Positions 39,012 through 50,502 of a stretch of DNA of 64,000 bases are shown here, piece after piece. Location: positions 64,001 through 128,000 of the forward strand of contig JAXHVD010000002.1 of NCBI GenBank assembly GCA_034189385.1. Reading direction: 5' to 3'. Below the pieces are notes generated by a model. It did no database searches. It was not told the origin of the DNA and saw only the letters and a list, made by a program, of their open reading frames with translations. The stretch is from Thermodesulfobacteriota bacterium (GTDB lineage: Bacteria > Desulfobacterota > Desulfobacteria > Desulfobacterales > C00003060). Position 1 is the stretch's first letter, and every line of letters starts with the position of its first letter. Position numbers and translations under genes: made by a program.

Positions 39012-40472
39012 ATGGAGGCTAGAGACTGCAGCATGTTGTCCCGGTGTGGTGGACCAAGAGAGGCATGTGGTGTCTTTGGGGTATTTGGGCATCACGATGC
39101 CGCCAAGCTGGCATATTTTGGGCTCTATGCCCTGCAGCACAGAGGGCAAGAGAGCGCTGGTATCGTCACCTCAACGGGGACGTCAATCCACGAACACAAG
39201 GGAATGGGGCTTGTACCTGAGGTCTTTAACGAACCAATCCTCAACAGCCTTCGCGGTGACATGGCCGTCGGGCACGTCAGGTATTCCACGACAGGGTCTT
39301 CTGTTTCAAAGAATGCGCAACCCTTTGTGGTCTCCCATGGTGGCATGACGTTAGCCATTGCCCACAACGGAAACCTGACCAATGCCAGAACAGTCAGAGA
39401 CGATCTGGAGAAAAGGGGGTCTATTTTTCAGACCACCATGGACAGCGAGATCATCGTCCACCTCCTGGCCCGAAACTTGCGGCATGGTCTAGAAGAGGCC
39501 TTGGTTGAGGCGGTTTCCCAAATTGAGGGGGCCTATTCATGCGTCTTGATGACGGAAGATAAGCTCATTGCCTTTAGGGACCCCAATGGCTTTCGGCCTC
39601 TCTGTCTCGGGAAACTCAACGGGGGGTATGTTGTAGCCTCTGAGACCTGTGCCCTCGACTTGATAGACGGCCGGTATCTGAGGGATATCGAGCCTGGTGA
39701 GATACTCGTCATTGACAAGGACGGCCTGAAGTCGATCAAGCCCTTCTCTCCACGTGAACCTACTTTTTGTATCTTCGAATTCATCTATTTTGCCAGACCT
39801 GACAGCAACATCTTTGGCCAGAATGTGTATACTGTAAGAAAGAGGTTGGGAGAGAAGCTGGCCCAAGAGTTTCCTGTTGAGGCTGATTTTGCCATGCCCT
39901 TCCCGGACTCTGGAAACTATGCCTCTATTGGCTTTTGTCATGGGTCGGGCATTCCCCTTGAGATGGGAGTCATTCGCAACCACTACGTAGGAAGGACCTT
40001 TATCGAGCCTGCCCAGTCCATGCGGGATTTTGGGGTCAAGGTGAAACTGAACCCCGTTCGAGAGATCCTCAAAGACAAACGTGTGGTGATTGTAGAGGAC
40101 TCCATTATACGGGGTACCACGAGCAAGATGCGGATCAAGACCCTGCGTGAAGCAGGGGCCAGGGAGGTTCATATGGTAGTGAGTTGTCCGCCCCACCGCT
40201 ATCCTTGTTATTATGGCATTGACTTCTCAACGAGGGGGGAACTGATTGCCGGCCAGCACGGGCTGGAAGAGGTGAAGAACTTCATCGGCCTGGACAGTCT
40301 ATGCTACTTGAGCCTGCCAGGAATGGTCGAGGCCACAGGACTTGAAAGAAACGGTTTTTGTTTGGCCTGCTTCGATGGCAAATATCCCATTCAGCCTGAA
40401 GAAGACATTTCAAAGCTGTGTCTGGAATGCCGCCAGTCTCAGGATGGTCGCCAACGGCTCGGCGTCTCATGA
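39012..40472 (+). CDS. purF: Amidophosphoribosyltransferase (propeptide, Fe-S type)
   Basis: EACGVFG after a propeptide, QHRGQE, GHVRYST, DSIIRGTT, CYYGID, CLAC. Confidence 0.97.
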   Translation: MEARDCSMLSRCGGPREACGVFGVFGHHDAAKLAYFGLYALQHRGQESAGIVTSTGTSIHEHKGMGLVPEVFNEPILNSLRGDMAVGHVRYSTTGSSVSKNAQPFVVSHGGMTLAIAHNGNLTNARTVRDDLEKRGSIFQTTMDSEIIVHLLARNLRHGLEEALVEAVSQIEGAYSCVLMTEDKLIAFRDPNGFRPLCLGKLNGGYVVASETCALDLIDGRYLRDIEPGEILVIDKDGLKSIKPFSPREPTFCIFEFIYFARPDSNIFGQNVYTVRKRLGEKLAQEFPVEADFAMPFPDSGNYASIGFCHGSGIPLEMGVIRNHYVGRTFIEPAQSMRDFGVKVKLNPVREILKDKRVVIVEDSIIRGTTSKMRIKTLREAGAREVHMVVSCPPHRYPCYYGIDFSTRGELIAGQHGLEEVKNFIGLDSLCYLSLPGMVEATGLERNGFCLACFDGKYPIQPEEDISKLCLECRQSQDGRQRLGVS

Positions 40473-41212
40473 AAATAGTAGCCATTATACCCTGCAGGTA
40501 CGACTCAAAACGGTTTCAGGGCAAGCCATTGATGGCCATCCTTGGCAAACCGATGGTCCAGTGGGTATATGAGAGGGCTGAAAAGGCAGACATTATCACA
40601 GATGTGTTCGTCGCGACAGATGACGAGAGGATTTGTAGTTCCGTTCAGGGTTTTGGCGGACAGGTGTTGATGACTGCACCAGGTCACCGGTCTGGGTCCG
40701 ATCGAGTGGCGGAAGCGGCCGGCAGGCTTCACCTCAAGAAGGAGGATGTGGTCATCAATATCCAGGGCGATCAGCCGGCCTTCGACCCACAGTGCCTTTT
40801 GGAGATCGTCTCTCCCCTGAAAGAGAACCCTGGCCTTGACATGAGCACCTTGATTTGCAGGATAAAGGATGCCGATGAGGTCCAAGATCCCAATTGTGTC
40901 AAATGCGTGTTTGACAGCGAGGGATTTGCCCTCTATTTTTCCCGTTCTCCCATTCCCTTAAATAGGGATGAGTCAGCGCCCTGTGACGTCTATAAGCACT
41001 TGGGGATATATGCCTTTAGAAAACGTTTTCTGGACCGCTTTGCGATGCTTCCAAAAGGGGAGCTGGAGGAGATCGAAAAGCTCGAACAGCTTCGCGTGTT
41101 GGAACACGGCTATCGGATCAAGGTGGTGGAGACTGTTCATGATTCCAAGGCCGTTGACACGCCAGATGACATGAAAAAGCTGGAGGCGATTCTTGGGACA
41201 AAGGATGATTAG
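40469..41212 (+). CDS. kdsB: 3-deoxy-manno-octulosonate cytidylyltransferase
   Basis: IIPCRYDSKRFQGKPL, NIQGD, ALYFSR, EKLEQLR. Confidence 0.93.
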   Translation: MKIVAIIPCRYDSKRFQGKPLMAILGKPMVQWVYERAEKADIITDVFVATDDERICSSVQGFGGQVLMTAPGHRSGSDRVAEAAGRLHLKKEDVVINIQGDQPAFDPQCLLEIVSPLKENPGLDMSTLICRIKDADEVQDPNCVKCVFDSEGFALYFSRSPIPLNRDESAPCDVYKHLGIYAFRKRFLDRFAMLPKGELEEIEKLEQLRVLEHGYRIKVVETVHDSKAVDTPDDMKKLEAILGTKDD

Positions 41213-41265
41213 GCGGCTGGCCAGTCTTGCTGCCACTTGGCTGCAGAGGCTGACCAGGAGATAAC

Positions 41266-44200
41266 ATGGGCCTTAAAAGAATCAAAAGGTTCCTAGCGAG
41301 AAGAGGAATAACGGGCCTTTACTTTGGAAAGAGTCTGAAGACAGTCCCAGAAGGCTCGCTGGTTCTTTTTCCCTATGAGCCCGACGTGTTGAGCTGCGGG
41401 ATAACCGGTGTCCTGTCCTTTAAGGGAAGGCCTGCCGGAGCCCATGGGCTTCCCATTCAGGATCTCGAGGATAAGATAGAGGCCCTGTCCAAGGTTGCAG
41501 GGCAGAGGCTTGAAGAAAAAGGGCCCCTGCAAGAGAAAGATGATCTTGGCACAACAGAGCTCATAGGTGAGACAAAACACCTCTGCCAGAAGCTTAGGGA
41601 GCATCGGGTTTTCTACGAAGTCTTCTCCCGTCGAGCCTATCAAAAACGACTGACCGACCTCTGTGAGAAGCTTGAGGCGGTCGTGGAGTCTGAAGACATG
41701 GAACGGGCTCGGAGGATAGGACGCCTGGCCGCGGAAGAATGTGAGGCCCTCGCGCAACGAATAACGGAATTGCGGGACATTCTGTGGTCTTTACGGCACG
41801 AGATCATTGAGAACATTGAAAAGATAACTGCCCTTGGACGATTTGACCAGTATGACTGTGACCCCCTCTGTGTAGGGCTCCTGAAGGAGGTCAACATTAT
41901 ATTTAACAACCTTGATCGACTTGAAGTCAGAGGCAGGGATTCTGCCGGGCTCTCTCTCCTTTTCGTCATGGACGAGGCCGCGTTCACTGGGTTTCGACAA
42001 GCATTAAAAGAGGCATCACTGCTTGGTGAGTTTGAGGAAAGACAAGGGAACCCGGTCTTGTTGAATCGCAGCATCGTAACGAATAAGCAGGACACTGGTG
42101 TCTCTGTGATCTTTACCTACAAGGTTGCTGCCGAGGTAGGAAACCTGGGGGATAATGTCCGGTACTTGAGAAATCAGGTGAGAGATGATCTGGTGCTTCA
42201 GCACTGCATGCGGTGCAGTCATGTGTATCACAGTGCCGTGGCCCACACCCGTTGGGCCTCAGTCGGTGAAATCAGCGAGGCCAATTGCCATCCCGTTGAC
42301 AGCTGTCCCAGCGATTCGCCTAGGACCATTCACGTTTGCCTTAATGGAGATATTGATAACTACCAGAGTCTTCGGCAAGATCTTGAAAGAGAAACGGGCA
42401 AGTCTATTCCAGAAGAGATCACCACGGACACGAAGATTATCCCCCTTCAGATAGAGAAGTATCTCAACAAAGGGGAGACCCTTGAGGGATCTTTTCGCCT
42501 TGCTGTCAGCGATTTTGAGGGTTCCCATGCCATTGCGATGCATAGCGATCTGGCTCCGGGCCAGGTTTTTCTGGCGCAAAGAGGAAGCGGGCAGGCTATA
42601 TTTGTGGGTTTGGCGGAAGGTCATTATGTGCCTGCTTCTGAAATATATGGGTTGGTTGAAGAGACCTCTTGTTATGTGAAGATGGATGGCGAGAAAGTGG
42701 TGGAAGGGATATCTGGCAAGACCCAGGGTCAGATATTTGTCCTGGATGGGAATTCTGAAGGGGGGCTCAGTGGCCTGAGGGCCATGTATTATGACGGAAC
42801 GCCTGTTGAGCTTTCTGGGGATGACGTCAAAGAGACGGAAATCACGCCCAGAGATATTGATCGTCAGCATTATCCCCACTATTTCTTGAAGGAGGTCTCA
42901 GAATCCCCCCGGTCGGTGGAGCAGACCATTGAAGGGCGTGTGGCCATCTTAGAAGAAGGTGGGAGGCAACATCCCCAGATATTGCTGGACACCACAGTCA
43001 TTCCTGCTCATCTGGAAGCGGATTTCAGGGAACATAAGATCCGCAGGGTGTTTTTTATGGGCCAGGGCACAGCAGGGGTGGCCGCTTCGGCCTGTGCAGT
43101 GTTTTTGAGAGAGTACTTGAGCCGAACGGAGATTCGGGTGGCCTCCTTTAAGGCCTCTGAATTCAGTGCCTTTGTCTTGGAAGGTCGTCTTGATGACGCT
43201 CTGGTGGTGGCCATCACACAGTCGGGAACAACCACCGATACCAATCGGGCCATTGACATGGCCAGAGAACGGGGGGCCTGCACGTTGGCTATCGTGAACA
43301 GGCGAGATTCTGACATCACCTTTAAGGTGGATGGGGTGCTTTATACAAGTAGTGGGAGAGACATTGAAATGTCTGTAGCTTCCACCAAGGCTTACTATTC
43401 TCAGATTGTGGCGGGCAGCATCTTAGGTCTGAAACTAGGCCAATTGGCGGGGAGTTTGACGGAAGAGTTCATCCTGGCAGAGATAGAGCACCTTTGGAAG
43501 TTGCCTTCGTCTATGAGGAAAGTACTGGAAAGACATACGGACATCGGCGAGTCAGCCGAGAGATTTGCCGTTACAAAGACATATTGGGCTATTGTGGGTA
43601 GCGGTCCCAACAAGGTCTCTGCAGATGAGATCAGGATAAAGCTGAGTGAGCTTTGTTACAAGACCATTTCTTCAGACGTGGTTGAAGACAAGAAACACAT
43701 TGACCTGTCTTCCGAACCCCTGATTTTTGTCTGTGCAGCCGGCAACCGCGAGGATGTAGTCAGTGATATCGTCAAGGACACCGCGATCTTTAAGGCCCAC
43801 CAAGCAGTGCCCATAGTGGTGGCCACAGAAGGTGAACACCGATTTGATCCTTACGCCGATGCGGTAATCTCCGTGCCTGACACAGAGAGCCGGTTCGCGC
43901 CCATCATAAACACCTTGGCCGGTCACCTCTGGGGATACTATGCGGCCCTGGCGATTAACAAAGAATCTCGATATCTGGTGCATTTCCGTGAAGAGATTCG
44001 TGAACATATTCAGGCCTCTACGGGAAAGGGCCTGGATGTATACGAGATCGTGCTGGATGAAGGTTTCAGAGAGAAAGCGGCCGAGTTTTACGGGGTGTTC
44101 AAGGAGCGGATAAGGGAGAATCGTTACGCCACGGCCATGGCCATACGCACGGCATCGGACCTGACGCTGTTGCTGAAGTACCTGGCCGGAAGACTCCCTA

Positions 44201-44955
44201 TCTCAGATTTTGAGTTTGACTTTGGAACCAAAGGGACAGCACCGAATATGTTGAGGACCTTTTTTGAATGCATAGGAAAGATCGTCAACGAATTGGTGCG
44301 ACCTATTGATGCTATTAAGCACCAGGCCAAGACGGTCACCGTGGGAACAAGCCGGATCTCAGAGAAGGTAGAGGGCCTTCTTTTTAAAGCCCTTGAAAAT
44401 CAAGGGTTCAGCAAGAACCAAATTACAACAAGTAATGTCTTGGTCTTAAAGCGTCTACAGGAGGTTCTGAGCGAAATAGCAGGGACGACCCTCTACAAGG
44501 TAGCAGGGCTTAATATTTTGGGAGAGCCCGTTGCAGATTCGACCATACACCTGTTAAAGAAAGAGGGAAGTGCTGAGGCCCTTGTTTCCAGAGTTGAGAC
44601 CGACAACAGACTGCGGGGTACCAAACGGATCATCGTCAAGAACGGAAACATCTTTATTGGCAAGGGAAGAATGGACAACCGGAGTATTCTTGCCGTCCCA
44701 ATTATGTCAACGGGTACCAAGGTCGATCACCTCTTGTTGTTCAATGTAGCATTTAAGGCACAGGTTGAGCTTCAGAAGAAGGTAGATGCCTTAGGGGGCA
44801 AATATCACCACATACGAAACATTGTGGAGGAAACAAGTCTTGCCTGGAAGGATCAGTTTTTGGAATTACTTGATGTGGAGCAACTTTTTGGGATGTCTGC
44901 TGAGAAGATCTCAGAGGCGATTGTTTCCAGTTTGAATAACAGACAAGTATCGTAG
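41266..44955 (+). CDS. glmS: Expanded GlmS-like glutamine-fructose-6-phosphate aminotransferase (GATase + 2 SIS + extra domains)
   Basis: CGI, RGRDSAG, AHTRWA, NGDIDN, TQSGTT.DT, VASTKAY, AKTVT; 1229 aa. Confidence 0.75.
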   Translation: MGLKRIKRFLARRGITGLYFGKSLKTVPEGSLVLFPYEPDVLSCGITGVLSFKGRPAGAHGLPIQDLEDKIEALSKVAGQRLEEKGPLQEKDDLGTTELIGETKHLCQKLREHRVFYEVFSRRAYQKRLTDLCEKLEAVVESEDMERARRIGRLAAEECEALAQRITELRDILWSLRHEIIENIEKITALGRFDQYDCDPLCVGLLKEVNIIFNNLDRLEVRGRDSAGLSLLFVMDEAAFTGFRQALKEASLLGEFEERQGNPVLLNRSIVTNKQDTGVSVIFTYKVAAEVGNLGDNVRYLRNQVRDDLVLQHCMRCSHVYHSAVAHTRWASVGEISEANCHPVDSCPSDSPRTIHVCLNGDIDNYQSLRQDLERETGKSIPEEITTDTKIIPLQIEKYLNKGETLEGSFRLAVSDFEGSHAIAMHSDLAPGQVFLAQRGSGQAIFVGLAEGHYVPASEIYGLVEETSCYVKMDGEKVVEGISGKTQGQIFVLDGNSEGGLSGLRAMYYDGTPVELSGDDVKETEITPRDIDRQHYPHYFLKEVSESPRSVEQTIEGRVAILEEGGRQHPQILLDTTVIPAHLEADFREHKIRRVFFMGQGTAGVAASACAVFLREYLSRTEIRVASFKASEFSAFVLEGRLDDALVVAITQSGTTTDTNRAIDMARERGACTLAIVNRRDSDITFKVDGVLYTSSGRDIEMSVASTKAYYSQIVAGSILGLKLGQLAGSLTEEFILAEIEHLWKLPSSMRKVLERHTDIGESAERFAVTKTYWAIVGSGPNKVSADEIRIKLSELCYKTISSDVVEDKKHIDLSSEPLIFVCAAGNREDVVSDIVKDTAIFKAHQAVPIVVATEGEHRFDPYADAVISVPDTESRFAPIINTLAGHLWGYYAALAINKESRYLVHFREEIREHIQASTGKGLDVYEIVLDEGFREKAAEFYGVFKERIRENRYATAMAIRTASDLTLLLKYLAGRLPISDFEFDFGTKGTAPNMLRTFFECIGKIVNELVRPIDAIKHQAKTVTVGTSRISEKVEGLLFKALENQGFSKNQITTSNVLVLKRLQEVLSEIAGTTLYKVAGLNILGEPVADSTIHLLKKEGSAEALVSRVETDNRLRGTKRIIVKNGNIFIGKGRMDNRSILAVPIMSTGTKVDHLLLFNVAFKAQVELQKKVDALGGKYHHIRNIVEETSLAWKDQFLELLDVEQLFGMSAEKISEAIVSSLNNRQVS

Positions 44956-45068
44956 CCGGGTTCCACCTATTGCAGGCCCATGTGTCAGAGCTGGGACAGT
45001 TGTCCTGTCCAGAGCGGACAATCGAAAGGAGTCTCTTGTGAACCCGTGAGCATTACTTCATTCAATAG

Positions 45069-46766
<1,698 letters not shown>

Positions 46767-46790
46767 GCGGGTCGTCTTAGATGGTTCAGG

Positions 46791-46833
46791 TGTTGACGGG
46801 CTGTTGCCCAATTTGAGCAACAGCCCGTTGACA
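46791..46833. terminator. Strong hairpin between the convergent pyrG and Thr-Cys repeat genes
   Basis: 12-bp perfect stem ACGGGCTGTTGC/GCAACAGCCCGT, extendable with G-U pairs. Confidence 0.6.
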
Positions 46834-46960
46834 GAGGGGACGGAAGCTTGTGTTTTCAGGGTTGACGTCCCCAGAAGACAAAAGTGCCCTTGATAACGCA
46901 GCCAGATGAACCTAGCTCACCGCGGCTACGCAGGGCACAGCCTTGTTCTTTTTTGTTTTT

Positions 46961-47467
46961 TTACCTGTACGGGCTCATTTCTCTACAGATGCGGCCGCGA
47001 CAGGTGTGTTCCCCACAGGTCACGGTGCCTCCACAGGTAGCTCCTCCGCTGCCCGCACAGGTGGCCCCGCAGGTAATGTTACCAAAACAGGTTTCGCTCC
47101 CGGCGCAAGTGGTCGTGCCGCGACAGGTAGCTCCTCCGCTGCCCGCACAGGTCACGGCTGTCGTGGCGAACTGTTCCCAGCCGTGATGAACCTCCGCGTC
47201 GGCGAGCTCTATGACTCTTTTGGGCCCGGCGGTGCTGAGGACATTTTCGTTGATATAGGCACCCCGCGGGTCGTAAACCTCCCCATCTAGGGCGATTCTT
47301 GAGCTGCTTAAATCGGACAGGCTCTTGTCCAGCGATGCAAGAAAAAGAGGTGATGAAGAATCCGCATCGCTTGCCGCCCCCGCTCCAATAGACAGAACAG
47401 GAAAAACAAAGAGGCCCGCGACTGCCAGGAGCCAGACGACAAGAAACGATCTCAAGCCCTTTTTCAT
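46961..47467 (-). CDS. Secreted 168-aa protein with C-terminal Thr-Cys repeat core (precursor-peptide-like)
   Basis: RBS GAGGAGG before ATG at 47467; Sec-type signal (MKKGLR, hydrophobic stretch, AGA); 10 Cys, 9 of them in TC dipeptides, in the last about 65 aa. Confidence 0.8.
   Translation of the reverse strand: MKKGLRSFLVVWLLAVAGLFVFPVLSIGAGAASDADSSSPLFLASLDKSLSDLSSSRIALDGEVYDPRGAYINENVLSTAGPKRVIELADAEVHHGWEQFATTAVTCAGSGGATCRGTTTCAGSETCFGNITCGATCAGSGGATCGGTVTCGEHTCRGRICREMSPYR
47033..47152. repeat. Exact 30-bp direct repeat within the Thr-Cys core
   Basis: ACAGGTAGCTCCTCCGCTGCCCGCACAGGT at 47033-47062 and 47123-47152 (encodes TCAGSGGATC). Confidence 0.95.
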
Positions 47468-47537
47468 TTTCTCTTCCTCCTCGGTTGTGGTGCTTGCCCA
47501 AGACAACAATCTTGAAATCACCTTAGAAAATAACATA

Positions 47538-47587
47538 AAAGTAAATATAATTATATTTACTTTAATATAGTTGAGTCCCTATGTCAA
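47538..47587 (-). promoter_or_regulatory. Sigma70 promoter overlapped by a perfect 26-bp palindrome
   Basis: Minus strand TTGACA-17 bp-TAAAGT; palindrome AAAGTAAATATAATTATATTTACTTT at 47538-47563. Confidence 0.7.
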
Positions 47588-47874
47588 GTTTTTTTGAGAA
47601 ATTGTTGGAAGGGTGGAAAGATTTGAAGGCCGTTGATCCGGCAGCCAGCGAAATTCTCTGGGGTTGGCTCCAGCGAAATAGCCAAAAAATAGTTTAATAT
47701 CAACAGATTATATGATATCCCTGGGCTTCTGACAAGAGATTTGACTGAGCCCTCATGGTGGCACCTTGACTCTCAATGAGCCGGGGGGCATCTGGTTTTC
47801 AAGTTCTTGAGGGACCTATTTTGTCCGCCGCGCAAAGGGGATTCGGGGTTCTGCAGGCGTCATCCCGTACAGAT

Positions 47875-50502
47875 TCAGTCACCCACAAGATCGTTCAGGA
47901 TCTTGAAAACGACCCTATATCTGTTCTGCTGGTGCCTGTTCGGGATGGAGCTGGCGTTTCCCAGGCCAACCCCCGAAAATGCCTTAGACATGGTGCAAAC
48001 CCATACCTTTCCTGTGCCAAAGGAGACTTCGGTGAGGCACGGAGCCCAGTGTCTCTCATGGTCCCCCCCATGGTCTTGTGCTGGCGCATACCATAAGCGG
48101 GGCTGTCCGCCCTTTACCTGGCAGATGCCATGGGCGGGGAAGGCAACACTCCGTTCGCTATTTGTCTCTTCAGAGAAGATATATGTGGCATCATCTGCGT
48201 CGCTATTGCCCTCTGAGGTGGTGTAGAGGATTTCTACGGAGAAAGGTTCTAGAAGCTGCCAGGCAAATGAGTCTTCAGCCCTGTCCGACGAATCCAGGAT
48301 TAAGGCCTTGCCACCCTGTGAAATATAGTCTTGAAAAATGGCCAGCTCCTTCTCGGAGAATTTTTTGTGGGGATTGATGATGATGATAGGATCTCTGTCC
48401 TTTTCAAGAGTGCGAACAAAGGAGGGTCTTACTTGCGGCACGATTCCGAGTCTCTGGGCAGAGACGAAAAAGGCACCGTAGTGGAGGGTATGGGTATTAC
48501 TCTTTTCCGGGAACCAGAAACGGTTTGCCAGAAAGATATCGGAGTGCTCACAGTCAAAGGTAATCTTCTGGAAATCTCTGAGCGCCGCAGGTTGTTTGTA
48601 GGACCATCGATGGATCAGGTCCACGTAGTAAGATGAGATGATCACTGTCATCATGAGGCATACAACAATGCTGCTATGATGCCTTCTCAACTCTTCAGAA
48701 GAAGGACTCAGAAACACCGCTAAAATGGCAAGGATACCAGATAGGAGTAACCCATACGGTTTCACATGGGCCCACCATGTGTTGGAGCGATTTAGCCACA
48801 TCAGGCTGTCCAGAAGCAGTTCAGGCTTGCCCTGATAAAACATGCTAAAATTGGACCACACTGTGCTGTCAGTGAAACAAAGGACCCGGCCCTTGCCTTC
48901 AAATGCTCCGGCCAACTGAAGAAAAAGACCAAACTCTCGGTCCTCGTAATGGGCCTCGTCAGGAAAAAAATGCTTGTTCTTATAGTCTGCTAGTCGAGTC
49001 ATCATGCCATAACCTATAATAGGTTTTTCATGCCAGACACGGGCGCTGAGCGTGCATCCAGTGGCGAACAAAATTTCTGGGGTGTGTTTTCCCACGGGAT
49101 GGCCCAGGGTTTTGGGCTGCCTGTAAACCGAAAACTGGCCGTAAATATCCCACTGGCCATTCTTGTCAAAGGACAGACCAAAGCGTTGAGCAAGATCGTT
49201 GAGGTGGGTCGACGTTCCAAAGACATCTGTGTGATCCCCAACGAGAAATAGTCCTCCACCATCATGTACAAAGGCCTCTAATGTTTCTAACTCTTCTCTT
49301 TCATACCTCCGGGTAGGGCACTTGAGGATGATGACATCCTGGTCTGCCAATAGGGCTGATCTTATCTCTTCTGTGTTCACTTTCACCTGATAGTAGTGCT
49401 CAAGAAATGTTCGTAAGCAGTAGTAGTTGTAGGTGGAAGCCATGCCATACCAGTTGGTATCAAAGGGCCGCATGGTCTTTTCCCACTGGCTGTGACTCTC
49501 GTCAATAAGCACCCTCCCGGCGTTCTTCGTTCCGGGATCGGTGAGTGATGATCCCATGATCCCCGCCATGATGGCCATGCAGACCAAGCCGGTCCAGCCA
49601 AGTACCCGTTTCGAAAGGCCCGCCCAGCCCAGACGTACGCGTCCAGTCCAGTTGACCTTCTTTGTCGACAAGGCCAGTCCGACTGCCAAAGGGACGAAAC
49701 TCAGTAGGCCATACACCGCATTCCACATCATGGTGATAGTGGCCTTGTCTGCCCAACCAAGAAAAATCCATAGGGACACAAGATATCGTGCCAACAGATA
49801 AGAGGCCCACAAAAAGAGAATCCTCAGCCAGCCTTTCCACGGCTTGTGTTGCACCATCAGCAACGAGCATAGACTGACACCGATGAGAATGAAAAGCCCC
49901 GGCAAGAGTCCTAAGGCATCTGCTGTGACCTGTATGATTCTGTAATCACCGTTGTAGTTGGCAACAAGGGTATGACCGTTAACAGAACAGGTTGTGCCCA
50001 GGAAGGTGAAAACCGTGGCAGCCAATGAAGCAAGCCAAGAGAGGCCTCGGTCATGACAGCCCAAGTAATACCAAAGGGGGACCAGGAGGCTTTCCACGGT
50101 GAGCAAAAGACCAGAGACCAGAAGCCCTGGGACTAGGGACCGGATAAAGACGCTGTTCCGGCCGCAGCAGAAAAGGGCCAACCCAGAGACAAGAATCCAG
50201 GGGCCAAGGGAGTGCGGATAGGGCATAAGCAGGCCATAAAGGATAAATGGCACAAGGATCCAGAGATAGTCCCATGATATGTCGAGCTGAATATGGCGCA
50301 GGGATATTATGAAAAGCGTCGCACCGCTGACAGCCAAGACATAGCCGAACCATGCTTCATACGTTGCCAGCTTGTAAGTGCTCACATAAACACCAGACCA
50401 ACAGGTCCAGGCGAAGCCCACACAGACGACTCCAAGCCAAAAGAGGACCTTTTTCAACATGTCTTCTCTACTGGTCTGTTTCATAGATTCGCTAATCTTC
50501 AT
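47875..50502 (-). CDS. Polytopic membrane protein: exosortase-like TM region plus two GIFT/DUF4350-like domains
   Basis: About 10 TM helices, then RVLIDESH...FVHDGGGLFLVGDH...GRVLCFTDS, 2 TM, then ITFDCEH...YISQGGKALIL. Confidence 0.7.
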   Translation of the reverse strand: MKISESMKQTSREDMLKKVLFWLGVVCVGFAWTCWSGVYVSTYKLATYEAWFGYVLAVSGATLFIISLRHIQLDISWDYLWILVPFILYGLLMPYPHSLGPWILVSGLALFCCGRNSVFIRSLVPGLLVSGLLLTVESLLVPLWYYLGCHDRGLSWLASLAATVFTFLGTTCSVNGHTLVANYNGDYRIIQVTADALGLLPGLFILIGVSLCSLLMVQHKPWKGWLRILFLWASYLLARYLVSLWIFLGWADKATITMMWNAVYGLLSFVPLAVGLALSTKKVNWTGRVRLGWAGLSKRVLGWTGLVCMAIMAGIMGSSLTDPGTKNAGRVLIDESHSQWEKTMRPFDTNWYGMASTYNYYCLRTFLEHYYQVKVNTEEIRSALLADQDVIILKCPTRRYEREELETLEAFVHDGGGLFLVGDHTDVFGTSTHLNDLAQRFGLSFDKNGQWDIYGQFSVYRQPKTLGHPVGKHTPEILFATGCTLSARVWHEKPIIGYGMMTRLADYKNKHFFPDEAHYEDREFGLFLQLAGAFEGKGRVLCFTDSTVWSNFSMFYQGKPELLLDSLMWLNRSNTWWAHVKPYGLLLSGILAILAVFLSPSSEELRRHHSSIVVCLMMTVIISSYYVDLIHRWSYKQPAALRDFQKITFDCEHSDIFLANRFWFPEKSNTHTLHYGAFFVSAQRLGIVPQVRPSFVRTLEKDRDPIIIINPHKKFSEKELAIFQDYISQGGKALILDSSDRAEDSFAWQLLEPFSVEILYTTSEGNSDADDATYIFSEETNSERSVAFPAHGICQVKGGQPRLWYAPAQDHGGDHERHWAPCLTEVSFGTGKVWVCTMSKAFSGVGLGNASSIPNRHQQNRYRVVFKILNDLVGD

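Noticed and set aside
47033..47152. CRISPR-like 30-bp direct repeat
   Set aside because: Only two copies, in frame within a coding region, and no cas genes.
46943..47290. Plus-strand ORFs (46884..47186, 46943..47290) with repeated QV or TG units
   Set aside because: They are antisense shadows of the TC-repeat gene, which has the RBS, signal peptide and promoter.
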